DNA from: Oscillospiraceae bacterium
GTDB taxonomy: Bacteria; Bacillota; Clostridia; UBA1212
Length of the DNA: 64,000 nt
NCBI GenBank assembly: GCA_015069195.1
Contig: SVJA01000001.1
Span: forward strand, 14,148-78,147
Direction: 5' to 3'
In this document: positions 28,174-37,977 of the stretch, piece by piece
Layout: the number at the start of each line of letters is the position of its first letter
Position numbering within the stretch: the first letter of the stretch is position 1
Made by a program: the position numbers and the translations under genes
The notes under the pieces: model-generated
Databases searched by the model: none
Told to the model about the DNA's origin: nothing
What the model saw: the letters and a program-made list of their open reading frames with translations, nothing else

Positions 28174-29052
28174 TTATTTGTAAGCCTGTGCATCAGCAGC
28201 AGTCTTGAAGAAACCGATGTACTGAATCTCAACGCTAGGCTCAGAATCGTCAGCAGCAGCAGGACCGTCAAAACGGAAAGCACCTACAAAACGATCAAGA
28301 TCGCTAGCAGGAGTAACTGTCAAATTACCGTTAGAAGCACCGCTCTTTCTCAAATCATAGCAATAAGTCTTGAACTCTTTGTCATTGGAAGAAATACCAC
28401 CGAATGTGATAACATCGGAAGCATCCAGTCCGTTAGGACTTGCATCCCAAACAAACAACTCGAAACCACCGTCAGAAGTTTTGTTCTTCATAACAATCTT
28501 CATGAAAGGATAGTCCTGCAAATCAAAATCAATGTTCTCACCTGTATCAGCATTTGAATAGAAATAGAAATATGAGTCTGTTCCCAAAATATCCATAGCC
28601 AAATAACCGGGATTTGCACCGTCAGGATCTACACCGTAAAATTCTGCTTCATTTATTGAACCGGAACCAGTCAACAAATAAGAATATCCCTCTGCCCACT
28701 CAGACATAGCAATATCACCGTTTCTGAAATCGAAAGCATAGCAATCAATACCGGAGTTATCAGGCATTTCCCAATCACCTGCGGGAGCAGGCTCTTCTGT
28801 CGGATCAACAGTAGTATCGCCTTCACCATCTGTAGGAGCAGGCTCTTCTGTCGGATCAGCTGAAGGTTCTTCTGTCGGATCAACAGCAGGATCTTCACTG
28901 GGAGTAACGTCCTCAGCAGGTGCTGTAGTAGCAGGAGCTGATGTAGTAGTTGTAGGTTTCTTTGTCGCCTTTGTATCTTTGTCTTTCTTACAGCCAACAA
29001 AACAGCCGAGTGCAAGGCAAACAACCAAAACCAAAGCTAAAATCTTTTTCAT
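28174..29052 (-). CDS. Lipoprotein paralogue B: PT-linker, (DPTEEP)n repeats, same C-terminal domain as paralogue A
   Basis: MKKILALVLVVCLALGCFVGC lipobox. Same KATKKPTTTTSAPATTAP linker. C-terminal domain collinear with paralogue A and ending ...IQYIGFFKTAADAQAYK. Confidence 0.7.
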   Translation of the reverse strand: MKKILALVLVVCLALGCFVGCKKDKDTKATKKPTTTTSAPATTAPAEDVTPSEDPAVDPTEEPSADPTEEPAPTDGEGDTTVDPTEEPAPAGDWEMPDNSGIDCYAFDFRNGDIAMSEWAEGYSYLLTGSGSINEAEFYGVDPDGANPGYLAMDILGTDSYFYFYSNADTGENIDFDLQDYPFMKIVMKNKTSDGGFELFVWDASPNGLDASDVITFGGISSNDKEFKTYCYDLRKSGASNGNLTVTPASDLDRFVGAFRFDGPAAADDSEPSVEIQYIGFFKTAADAQAYK

Positions 29053-29125
29053 TTTGTAGTCCTCCTAAAATATTATTGGATATTAGAAGTATACACTAAA
29101 AGTGTAAAAAATCAACCATTTTTTA

Positions 29126-31510
29126 TTATTTAAGTTCTGCGACCGTAACGCCCGCATCACCCTCGCCGAACTCACCTATTCTGAATGATTTTACTCGTTT
29201 ATCACGTTTTAGAAATTCATGGACACCTTTACGTAACACACCGGTACCCTTTCCGTGTATGATACTTATTCTTTTCATATGAGCAAGCACGGCATCATCA
29301 ATATATTTATCCAAAACAAGTTCCGCCTCATCTATATTGTGTCCGCGGATATCGATTTCTGTTTTGACCTCAGCACCTTTCATCAGACGACTTCCGGCAA
29401 CCTTCGGTCTTTCGGCAAACACGTCTTTTCCGTTGTCCTTCATAATCCGCAAATCGGAAAGCGGTACATAAATCTTCATAATACCTGCCTGCACATAGAC
29501 GCTTCCGTTTTTGTCAGGAGCTTTCAGAACAACACCTTCACCGTTTATACTTACTATCTTTACCGATTGACCCTCCTCAACCGTCTTCGGCGGTTTTGTA
29601 GGATCTTGATTTTTACCGTAAGAACTGTACAATAAACCGTCTGTATCGCTTTGAAGTTTTGATATAGCCCTGCCCGACGCCTCTGCGCTTTTTAATGCAT
29701 CATGAGTACCGGAAAGCACATCTTTTCGCATTTGTATCAAAATCTTATCCGACTCATCTTTGGCTTTTTTGAGAATATCACGGGCTTCTTCACGAGCCTT
29801 TGTTATAATTTTGTTTTTCTGCTCAGTAAAAGACTCCTGTTGTTTTTTTACTTCGTCACGAAGTCTTGCCGCCTCTGCATGCAATGCTTCTATTTCTGCC
29901 TTTTGTGCATCAATTTCAGAACGGCTCTTTTCTATACCGACAAGCATATCCTCAAAACGCAAATCTTCCTGTGACAAAAACTCCTTTGCCCTGTCAACAA
30001 TAACCTTATCAAGACCGAGTTTCTCCGAGATAGCAAACGCATTACTCTTTCCCGGAATACCCGTAAGAAGTTTATATGTCGGTTGCAATGATTCCACATC
30101 AAACTCACAACACGCATTTTCAAATCCGGGTGTAGTCGCGGTGAATACTTTCAATTCACTATAGTGGGTTGTCGCAACAGTTGTAGCACCCATCTGGTGT
30201 ACACATTCGAGTATCGCCATAGCAAGTGCCGCACCCTCCGCAGGATCCGTACCTGCACCGAGCTCATCAAACAGCACCAGAACTCTGCCGCGATAAGAAT
30301 TCAATATATCGACAATTGTTTTCATATGCGATGAAAACGTACTGAGGCTCTGCGCAATGCTCTGCTCGTCACCTATATCAGCGTATATTTCATCATATAC
30401 CGATAGTTCAGTACCGAACTCGGCAGGCACCAAAAGACCCGACTGCATCATTGCAGTAAAAAGTCCCACGGTTTTGAGCGATACCGTTTTGCCGCCCGTG
30501 TTCGGACCTGTTATAACAAGCGTTGTATAGTCCTCTCCGATGCTTACATCGATCGGAACAACCTTGTGTTTGTCAATAAGCGGATGTCTGCCCTTTATAA
30601 TTCTTATGATACCCGTTGTATTTACGATCGGTTTCTGAGCTTTCATATCAAGCGCAAGACGTGCTTTCGCAAAAGTGAAATCTACTTTTGTTATAATTTT
30701 CAGATTTTCTTCCAATGTGAATCGTCTGCTACCTATTCCTTCGGAAAGTTCAAGTGTTATTCGCTCTATCTCTTTTTTTTCTTCCGCCTGAAGTTCACGA
30801 ATTTTATTATTTAACTCGACAACAAAAGCAGGCTCTACAAAAACAGTCTGTCCCGATGACGACATATCGTGTACCAAACCCGGAAACTCCGACTTATACT
30901 CAACTTTTATCGGAATACAATATCTGCCGCCACGCATAGTAACAAGACTTTCCTGCATCGCTTTGGAATATTTTTGAGAATGGAGAACGTCATTTAATTT
31001 TGCTTTTATCGCGGTCTGTCTGTCAACAATCTGCCTTCTTATGCTACGAAGAGCCGGACTCGCATCATCCGACATTTCCTCTTCGGAAAGAACAGAACGG
31101 AAAATTCTGTTTTCAAAAGCATAGTCATCCGTAAGTTCATTTATCATTTTTATAACAACATCGCGTTGTGCCTCCGGCTCTTCCGTTTCAGAAACATAGT
31201 CAAGCGTCCTGCGGCAAGCCTTTAAAAGACCTCCTACCGCAAGAATTTCAGCAAAGCTGAGCATGCCGCCTGCCGATGCACGCAAAAGGCTGTGTCTGAC
31301 ATCCTTTACACCACCGAGAGGTGCCTGCCCTTTTCTGAGTATCAGATTTACGGCAGCATCGGTCTCATCTAGAGCTGTCTGCACCTGAATGAAATCAGAA
31401 CTCGGAGAAAGCTCTCTGATAGTCTTTTTGGAAAGCTCACACGATGCGTGTTCTTCAAGTTTTTTCTTAATAACATCAAATTCAAGTATTTTTTCGAATT
31501 TTGTATTCAT
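29126..31510 (-). CDS. mutS2: Endonuclease MutS2 (MutS domain + C-terminal Smr)
   Basis: 794 aa. Walker A GPNTGGKT and the MutS ATPase core. C-terminal Smr domain (...LHGKGTGVLRKGV). Confidence 0.9.
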   Translation of the reverse strand: MNTKFEKILEFDVIKKKLEEHASCELSKKTIRELSPSSDFIQVQTALDETDAAVNLILRKGQAPLGGVKDVRHSLLRASAGGMLSFAEILAVGGLLKACRRTLDYVSETEEPEAQRDVVIKMINELTDDYAFENRIFRSVLSEEEMSDDASPALRSIRRQIVDRQTAIKAKLNDVLHSQKYSKAMQESLVTMRGGRYCIPIKVEYKSEFPGLVHDMSSSGQTVFVEPAFVVELNNKIRELQAEEKKEIERITLELSEGIGSRRFTLEENLKIITKVDFTFAKARLALDMKAQKPIVNTTGIIRIIKGRHPLIDKHKVVPIDVSIGEDYTTLVITGPNTGGKTVSLKTVGLFTAMMQSGLLVPAEFGTELSVYDEIYADIGDEQSIAQSLSTFSSHMKTIVDILNSYRGRVLVLFDELGAGTDPAEGAALAMAILECVHQMGATTVATTHYSELKVFTATTPGFENACCEFDVESLQPTYKLLTGIPGKSNAFAISEKLGLDKVIVDRAKEFLSQEDLRFEDMLVGIEKSRSEIDAQKAEIEALHAEAARLRDEVKKQQESFTEQKNKIITKAREEARDILKKAKDESDKILIQMRKDVLSGTHDALKSAEASGRAISKLQSDTDGLLYSSYGKNQDPTKPPKTVEEGQSVKIVSINGEGVVLKAPDKNGSVYVQAGIMKIYVPLSDLRIMKDNGKDVFAERPKVAGSRLMKGAEVKTEIDIRGHNIDEAELVLDKYIDDAVLAHMKRISIIHGKGTGVLRKGVHEFLKRDKRVKSFRIGEFGEGDAGVTVAELK

Positions 31511-31528
31511 ATAGGTTCAATCCCGATT

Positions 31529-31559
31529 TTAAACAAAATACCGCCGCAGGCTTTTAGTC
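31529..31559 (-). terminator. Intrinsic terminator after pfkA
   Basis: taccgccgcag-gcttttagt-ctgcggcggta hairpin followed by a U-rich tract on the minus strand. Confidence 0.5.
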
Positions 31560-31576
31560 TGCGGCGGTTAAAACAA

Positions 31577-32575
31577 TCAAAGTGAAAGAATCTTGTTTGC
31601 ACGAATCATATCTTCGTCAAGATGCTTCTTAGTATTTATAGCTTCGTCAATATCAAGTGCCACATAGTCCATACCGCGCAAAGCAATAACTTTATTTATA
31701 TCACCTGCGTGAAGTGTCTCAATTGCTTTAAGTCCCATAAGGCTCGCTGTCACACGGTCTCTTGATGAAGGACTTCCGCCTCTCTGGATATGTCCGAGGA
31801 TTGTCGCTGTTGTAACAATACCTGTGATGTTCTTAATCTGCTCTGCGATGTGCATTGTACCGCCCACGCCCTCTGCAATGATTACCACAAAGTGTCTCTT
31901 ACCTTTGTTACGGCAAGCGATAACAGGCTTTATAATATCCTCATTTATATCAAATGACTTTTCCGGAAGTATGCAAACTTCTGCGCCGTCAGAAATAGCA
32001 CTGTTTATAGCGATGTATCCGGCATCACGGCCCATAACTTCGATAACGCTGCAACGCTCATGTGAACAAGCAGTATCTTTTATTTTATCGATAGCGTCGA
32101 TAACAGTATTAAGTGCTGTATCATAACCGATTGTATAGTCTGTACAACCGATATCATTATCGATAGTTCCGGGAATACCTACTACCGGAATACCTGCCTT
32201 GGCAAGTTCTCTCGCACCTTTAAACGATCCGTCACCGCCGATTACAACAATCGCATCAAGTTTGAAAACTTTAGCAATTGTAACCGCTCTCTGTACTCCC
32301 TCGGGAGTTTCAAACTCTTTACATCTGGCAGTCTGGAGAATAGTACCGCCTCTGTTCATGATGAAAGATACGTCATGTCTGTCCATCTCATAAATCTCAC
32401 CAGCCAAAAGACCTTCGTAACCTTTCTTTATACCGAACATCTGGTATCCGTAGTGAAGTCCCGCTCTTACAACCGCACGAAGAGCTGTATTCATACCCGG
32501 AGCATCTCCGCCTGATGTCATAACGCCGATACGCTTTATGTTGCCCGGCTCTATTTTTGTATCATATAATGCCAT
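31577..32575 (-). CDS. pfkA: ATP-dependent 6-phosphofructokinase
   Basis: IGVMTSGGDAPGMN, GGDGS and MGR motifs. Confidence 0.9.
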   Translation of the reverse strand: MALYDTKIEPGNIKRIGVMTSGGDAPGMNTALRAVVRAGLHYGYQMFGIKKGYEGLLAGEIYEMDRHDVSFIMNRGGTILQTARCKEFETPEGVQRAVTIAKVFKLDAIVVIGGDGSFKGARELAKAGIPVVGIPGTIDNDIGCTDYTIGYDTALNTVIDAIDKIKDTACSHERCSVIEVMGRDAGYIAINSAISDGAEVCILPEKSFDINEDIIKPVIACRNKGKRHFVVIIAEGVGGTMHIAEQIKNITGIVTTATILGHIQRGGSPSSRDRVTASLMGLKAIETLHAGDINKVIALRGMDYVALDIDEAINTKKHLDEDMIRANKILSL

Positions 32576-32633
32576 AATAATCCCTCACATTAAAAAAATT
32601 ATCAATGCATATAATATCATTATTGTTTCGGTT

Positions 32634-33605
32634 TTACAATACCGATAATCGCTTTAAAAAGCCGGAAATTCCTCTTTTAAACCATTCTTTTTTCACTGTC
32701 ATCTCAGAAAGTAATTCTTCATATACCGGAGTGTTCGCTGCATATTCCCACCAGATTTTCGCGTTTTCATTTATTTCCCTGCGAACAGAAAACAAAACTT
32801 GGTATTCCGCATTACCTGCTGTAAGTTCATATTTTTCAATTTCATCATCCGTAAAGCATAAATCCCATGGTTTATACGGAGTAATTTCTCCGGAATAATG
32901 AATTAGTTTTACATCGTCCATTCTTATATTTCCAAGCACATCGGGACAATTTTTTAGATAATATCCTAACCGGAAATTGTAAACCGAAGACGTTATCAGT
33001 ATTGAATTTTTTGCATAAATGTAATTCAGTAAACCTTGATCAAAAAGATAATCTATTCCGGCAGACTGTATAAACTTTTGCAAACACTCCGTATCCGGGA
33101 AAATTGCACGCATCTTTTTGCAGTTCAAAAGCAAAACACCGCTGTTAAAGTATTTTCCTCGCAAAGCATCCTTTTTATCCCAATTTTCTCTTAAAAAATC
33201 AGCATTGCAAAAGGCATCGTCTCTTGCACACGCGAGCAAAGAATACTCTTTCAAATCAGTATCATAAAAGTCTTTCAGACTGCCGTTACAAATAATATCG
33301 GTATCAAGATATAAAATTTTTTCAACATCTTCCGGAAGATATAAATGAGCAAATAAACGCAGATAGACTTCACACGAAAAAGGCTCCGCTGTTCTCAATC
33401 CCGATAAAATATCTTTTTCGGCTTTCAAAAAAGTAATCTCGGTACCTTCTGCCATGCAAAAATCTTTAAGCAACAAAATTTCATTTTCTTTAAGGTCACA
33501 ATATAAAACATATATACGGACATCCGGATTGTGACATAATATTGATTTTATCAAGACTACCGACTGCCTTGCAAAAGCAGAATTTACGGTTATCAGAATA
33601 TTCAA
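32634..33605 (-). CDS. Glycosyltransferase family 8 protein
   Basis: YLDTDIIC (DxD) and YFNSGVLLLN motifs of GT8 (LgtC/GspA-like). Confidence 0.75.
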   Translation of the reverse strand: MNILITVNSAFARQSVVLIKSILCHNPDVRIYVLYCDLKENEILLLKDFCMAEGTEITFLKAEKDILSGLRTAEPFSCEVYLRLFAHLYLPEDVEKILYLDTDIICNGSLKDFYDTDLKEYSLLACARDDAFCNADFLRENWDKKDALRGKYFNSGVLLLNCKKMRAIFPDTECLQKFIQSAGIDYLFDQGLLNYIYAKNSILITSSVYNFRLGYYLKNCPDVLGNIRMDDVKLIHYSGEITPYKPWDLCFTDDEIEKYELTAGNAEYQVLFSVRREINENAKIWWEYAANTPVYEELLSEMTVKKEWFKRGISGFLKRLSVL

Positions 33606-34168
33606 ACTCTGTTTTCCTCTCTTATTTTTATCAATTCATCAAGTGTTCTGGGGGTAAAATCTATACCCTTTAACATACAACCGACATTGAACATATTTGA
33701 TGTAATACCTTCACAGTAAAGTTCATCAGACCACTTCAATATATGATGATACTCGTGTGATTTGTGCACATGTCCGTAAACCATATACCCTCCACGATGT
33801 TGATGAGGATAAAACATAATAGGATAATGTGACACAAAAACAGGTTTTCCGTTATCAATAATATCATAGAAACCTTCTATAGAAATAAAACATGTTTTAA
33901 ATTCATCGGAAGTCATTTTATCATGATTCCCGACAGCAAGATGTTTCCTGCCGTTTAACTGCTTTACGATTTCAAATGCCTTATCCTGAGTCGCAGTCTC
34001 CCACATAATATCTCCGGCTATATACACATCGTCATCATCCTTAACTACACTGTTCCATCGTGCAACAACCAGCTTATTTCTTTTTTCGACACTTTCAACA
34101 TCAAGTTTGTCTATCACTAAAACTCTTTCGAAGCCAAAATGTAAGTCTGCTATGTAATAGTTCATCAA
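33602..34168 (-). CDS. Metallophosphoesterase (calcineurin-like)
   Basis: YYIADLHFG...AGDIMW...GNHD...GHVH motif series. Confidence 0.7.
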   Translation of the reverse strand: MMNYYIADLHFGFERVLVIDKLDVESVEKRNKLVVARWNSVVKDDDDVYIAGDIMWETATQDKAFEIVKQLNGRKHLAVGNHDKMTSDEFKTCFISIEGFYDIIDNGKPVFVSHYPIMFYPHQHRGGYMVYGHVHKSHEYHHILKWSDELYCEGITSNMFNVGCMLKGIDFTPRTLDELIKIREENRV

Positions 34169-34995
34169 ATACCACTTTCTTTCATATCAAAAACTGCAAA
34201 AGCTCTGCCGTTCTCATCAAATTTTACCGTCATTGAATAATTGTATATTTCTTCCGTTTTTGTAAGCAACTCATCCGATACCGCAGCAAACCGATGAAGT
34301 TTGTGATTTGTATCAATAAGGGCAGCTTCGGCATCCTGTAATGCAAACAAGTGATTAGGATTATGTGTTGTAAATATCACTGTTTTACCATTTTCCGAAA
34401 GCCATTTTATCAATCGCAAAAATTCTGTCTGATACTCAGGGTCAAGTGCCGCCATCGGCTCATCAAACACATATAGTTTTGCATTTTTCACTATAGATTG
34501 CGCAATAAACACTCGCTGGACTTCTCCGCCGGAAAGACACTCGAGTGTTTTCTCGGCAAGATGCTTTATACCCATCTGTTCGAGAGCATCATACGCGACG
34601 ATATAATCATCCGGAGAAAACTTTGAAAATAATTTCTTTTTATAAGGAGTTCTACCCATTACAACCGTCTGTATAACAGAAACATTGACCGGAACAATCT
34701 GTTGCGGCACATATCCGATTGATTTAGAAACATCACTGTACGGTATATCACAAACTTTTTCTCCGAATAATTCTATTTTCGAAGCATTCTTTTTCCCCGG
34801 ATACAATATCTCATGTATCAATGTTGTTTTTCCGCTACCGTTAGGACCAAGTATGCAAAGAATTCTTCCCTCTTCGAGTTCGAATGAAATATTATCGAGA
34901 AGCGATTCTTTTTTGTTGTATGAAAAACTGAGTTTATCTACCGAAAGTGCTTTCATTTTGCTTTTTCCGCCTTTCCCGAGATAATACACACGCAA
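34165..34995 (-). CDS. ABC transporter ATP-binding protein (FecE/BtuD type)
   Basis: Walker A GPNGSGKTT, signature LSGGEVQR, Walker B LYVFDEP. The start is probably the internal MKALSVDKLSF. Confidence 0.85.
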   Translation of the reverse strand: MRVYYLGKGGKSKMKALSVDKLSFSYNKKESLLDNISFELEEGRILCILGPNGSGKTTLIHEILYPGKKNASKIELFGEKVCDIPYSDVSKSIGYVPQQIVPVNVSVIQTVVMGRTPYKKKLFSKFSPDDYIVAYDALEQMGIKHLAEKTLECLSGGEVQRVFIAQSIVKNAKLYVFDEPMAALDPEYQTEFLRLIKWLSENGKTVIFTTHNPNHLFALQDAEAALIDTNHKLHRFAAVSDELLTKTEEIYNYSMTVKFDENGRAFAVFDMKESGI

Positions 34996-35963
34996 AAAAC
35001 TATCAATCCCGCTGCACCCGTCATAATAGATATGGGAATCTCCGATGTTGTGGCTGCTCTTGCTATATCATCAGACACAAGTAAAAACAATGCTCCGAGC
35101 ATAGCGGATATGCTAAGATTATCAACTATGCTTCCGCTCTTTGTAAGTTCTGATGACGCAAGCGGAATTATCAAACTAATCCAGCTTATCACGCCGCAAA
35201 CAGCAGTAGTCAAAGCAACAAGCAACGACGAAAGCACAACTGCCGTCATTTTCTCAACTTTCACCCTGACACCAAGAAGATTTGCCTGCTCACCGAAAAC
35301 AAGAGCACCTATGTGCCAACGCATAACATACAAACCTGCAATAATTACAATTATAAACGGAACAATTATATAGATATCTTCCCACGAAACCTTTGCAAGC
35401 GAACCAAGCTCCCAGTATACAATACTTTCAAGCTGACCGTTTTCAGAATCCGCAAGATATTTTAAAAGTCCCAGACCGCTTCTTGCAAATCCTGCAACTA
35501 TGATTCCCGAAAGAAGTAAACTGTCGCGGCGTTTCAGAATTTTTGACACAATTCCCGTGAGCGCAAACGCACCTATACTGAACAAAAAAGCAACAACAAA
35601 ATTCATACGCGCAGAAAGTCCCAAGACAATGGCAACAGATGCACCGCATGCTGCGGAACTGCTTACACCGAGCAAATCAGGAGAAACCATATTGTTTGAA
35701 AACACGGTTTGATAAACAGCACCCGACACGGCAAGTGCCGCACCGCACACCATTGCCGCAACAACTCTGACCAACCTTATATTCAGCAAAACTGCTTCTG
35801 TACTTGAATCATATTCGCTTCCTGAAATCTTGGCTGACACGTATTGAAACAAATCACTAGGAGTTATTTTGAAGTTACCTATACACAGAGAAATCGCAGC
35901 AGTCAATATTATTAAAATTATTAAAGAAACAAAAACTATATTTTTTCGTTTGTTAAAAAGCAT
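34953..35963 (-). CDS. ABC transporter permease, FecCD/BtuC family
   Basis: About 9-10 TM helices and the Gly-rich FecCD signature region. Confidence 0.85.
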   Translation of the reverse strand: MLFNKRKNIVFVSLIILIILTAAISLCIGNFKITPSDLFQYVSAKISGSEYDSSTEAVLLNIRLVRVVAAMVCGAALAVSGAVYQTVFSNNMVSPDLLGVSSSAACGASVAIVLGLSARMNFVVAFLFSIGAFALTGIVSKILKRRDSLLLSGIIVAGFARSGLGLLKYLADSENGQLESIVYWELGSLAKVSWEDIYIIVPFIIVIIAGLYVMRWHIGALVFGEQANLLGVRVKVEKMTAVVLSSLLVALTTAVCGVISWISLIIPLASSELTKSGSIVDNLSISAMLGALFLLVSDDIARAATTSEIPISIMTGAAGLIVFCVCIISGKAEKAK

Positions 35964-35965
35964 AT

Positions 35966-37015
35966 TTAATCCTTAATAAAAAGCATTTTCTTAACTTCGG
36001 TTTCACTTATCTCCCAACCGAATATATCCTTGTACAAATCAATTGAATAATTAACAATGTCAATATCTTGAGTTGCATTCTGCGCAAACATTTCCGAAAG
36101 CCACAAAATACCTATAGATGTCTCAGCACCGGGTCTTAAACAAGGACGAAGTATGCCTATGGGAGAATAAATAATCTTATTCTCTTTTACAGCAGTAAGA
36201 TTTTTGAGAACAGGATCATTTACAAGCTCTGTGTAAGCCTGCTCTGCAAGATATCCGTCGATAACAATATAATCAGGATTACTTTGCATCAATAATTCCG
36301 CATTTACGTTTACATACATTCCCTTGCCGGAAGTAATCTGTTTTGCGCCGCACATTGCAAAAAGTTTATTTGCAAAAGTTTCTTCTCCTTGCGTCTGATA
36401 CGGCGTTGTCTGTGTCGTAGCTGCAATGCAGTAAACGGTCGGAGTACTCGTATTCTTTTCAGCATTTGCTTTCGCTGTCTTTTCAGCATTTATGATGCTA
36501 TCAGAGATTTTCCGACCTCTTACAAGGGCCTCTCCGCCGAAAATTTCACCGATAAGCACAAAACTTCTGGCAAGATTTTCTGTGGTGTCATAGTTCATAA
36601 CAATGCTTACAAGACCTGCATTTGTATAAGTATCAGCCTCCGCCTGATTGGACGCAAAAAAAACATTTACGCCGGCAGCAAGCATTTCTTCTGCCGAAAC
36701 TTTATCACCGTCGGTAAGTTTTATATCATCCGTTCCCGTAAAAAGTTCCGCAAATCTGTCTGTATGTCCGCTTTCAAAAGAAGCAGGAGCAATTTTTATA
36801 CGTTCTGCACCGGCAAGCATTACTACCTGGCTTGTAATCCAACCGGAATTTGCGGTCGCATAGATTTCTCCCAAAGGAATATCTACAGTATTTCCGCCAA
36901 GGTCCGTTACAGTTTTTTTTTCTTCTTGCTTCTCTTTTACAACGGTGCAACCAAACATTGAAGCAAAAACCAGCACAGAAAGCAATACACAAAAGATTGT
37001 CTTAAAACTCTTCAT
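35966..37015 (-). CDS. ABC transporter substrate-binding lipoprotein (cluster A, FecB/BtuF-like)
   Basis: Lipobox FGCTVV. Two-lobe periplasmic-binding fold typical of iron-chelate/cobalamin-type binding proteins. Confidence 0.75.
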   Translation of the reverse strand: MKSFKTIFCVLLSVLVFASMFGCTVVKEKQEEKKTVTDLGGNTVDIPLGEIYATANSGWITSQVVMLAGAERIKIAPASFESGHTDRFAELFTGTDDIKLTDGDKVSAEEMLAAGVNVFFASNQAEADTYTNAGLVSIVMNYDTTENLARSFVLIGEIFGGEALVRGRKISDSIINAEKTAKANAEKNTSTPTVYCIAATTQTTPYQTQGEETFANKLFAMCGAKQITSGKGMYVNVNAELLMQSNPDYIVIDGYLAEQAYTELVNDPVLKNLTAVKENKIIYSPIGILRPCLRPGAETSIGILWLSEMFAQNATQDIDIVNYSIDLYKDIFGWEISETEVKKMLFIKD

Positions 37016-37017
37016 TT

Positions 37018-37977
37018 TTAAGTACCTTTCTTCATTTTATAATAAGTTTCTTTTATACTATCTATTTCTTTTTCACTGTAATCAAGTCTTTTAAAATCAT
37101 TCTCATCAAAAGTCAAAAAAGGATCTCCGAATCCGACATACTTTTTCGCATAAACTTTTTCCCCGCATATAAGTGCCGCCGCAATCCTGTGGGTGCCGTT
37201 TATAATTCCTCCCGACTCTGAAAGCGGTACAAAGTGTCTCTTATCAAAACCATTTTCTTTCATCGAAAGAAGTAATTTTCTGAAGCTGCCAATGAATTCT
37301 TCTTCCCCTTTTTTACCGCCATAATCCGAAAAATAAGAACATGTCGTATACGGTCTTACATGCTCGGAAAAATCATTCATCGATGCCGAAAGCTTTATAT
37401 ACATATCAACACCTATGTCACGCGCTCCGCTTAATATCTCCATTCCTGCCATGTAACGAATAACTATATCGAAACGACTCTCACTTAAAAACTCGTGAGG
37501 ATCATACAGCAAAAGTTCCTCGTCACAAATAACCTCATCCGTGTATTTTATGTTGTTCCAAGGCACGCAATTGGTGACACTATCTGCGCCTATATCATTG
37601 TAAAGCATATATGTATCAATGCCGGCAATATTGTAAGATTCTGCAAGTCTTTTGTAATAACCGATATTTCTTTTTCCGGATACTACCACAGCATCAAAAT
37701 TATATTCAGGCACTTTTTCACACGACGCTATCGGAAAACCGCAAAGACTGAAAAAATTATATTTTTTCTCAACCCAAAGGGTAAGCTTATCGCCGATACC
37801 TTTCTGTACCATTAAGGAATATGCTGTGCGGCTTTCTTCGGTGACACCTACAAGCAAAAACTTTGTTCCTATTTCAGAAAGCCGAACAAATTCCGACACA
37901 CTTATATTTTTTTTGTCATTCGATATAGAATCTGTTCCGGGCAACATTATCAGAAAGCTCCTTTCTGATTTTTTCAA
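37018..37977 (-). CDS. Hypothetical protein (319 aa), glycan-cluster associated
   Basis: No confident family. The C-terminal GGIINGTHRIAAAL motif is reminiscent of GxHRxxA in ParB/sulfiredoxin-fold proteins (weak). Overlaps the acetyltransferase gene by about 60 nt. Confidence 0.45.
   Translation of the reverse strand: MKKSERSFLIMLPGTDSISNDKKNISVSEFVRLSEIGTKFLLVGVTEESRTAYSLMVQKGIGDKLTLWVEKKYNFFSLCGFPIASCEKVPEYNFDAVVVSGKRNIGYYKRLAESYNIAGIDTYMLYNDIGADSVTNCVPWNNIKYTDEVICDEELLLYDPHEFLSESRFDIVIRYMAGMEILSGARDIGVDMYIKLSASMNDFSEHVRPYTTCSYFSDYGGKKGEEEFIGSFRKLLLSMKENGFDKRHFVPLSESGGIINGTHRIAAALICGEKVYAKKYVGFGDPFLTFDENDFKRLDYSEKEIDSIKETYYKMKKGT

Noticed and set aside
28671-29024. 117-aa ORF overlapping lipoprotein paralogue B in another frame
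   Set aside because: Leu/Gln-rich nonsense frame generated by the acidic repeat DNA; fully nested within a supported gene.
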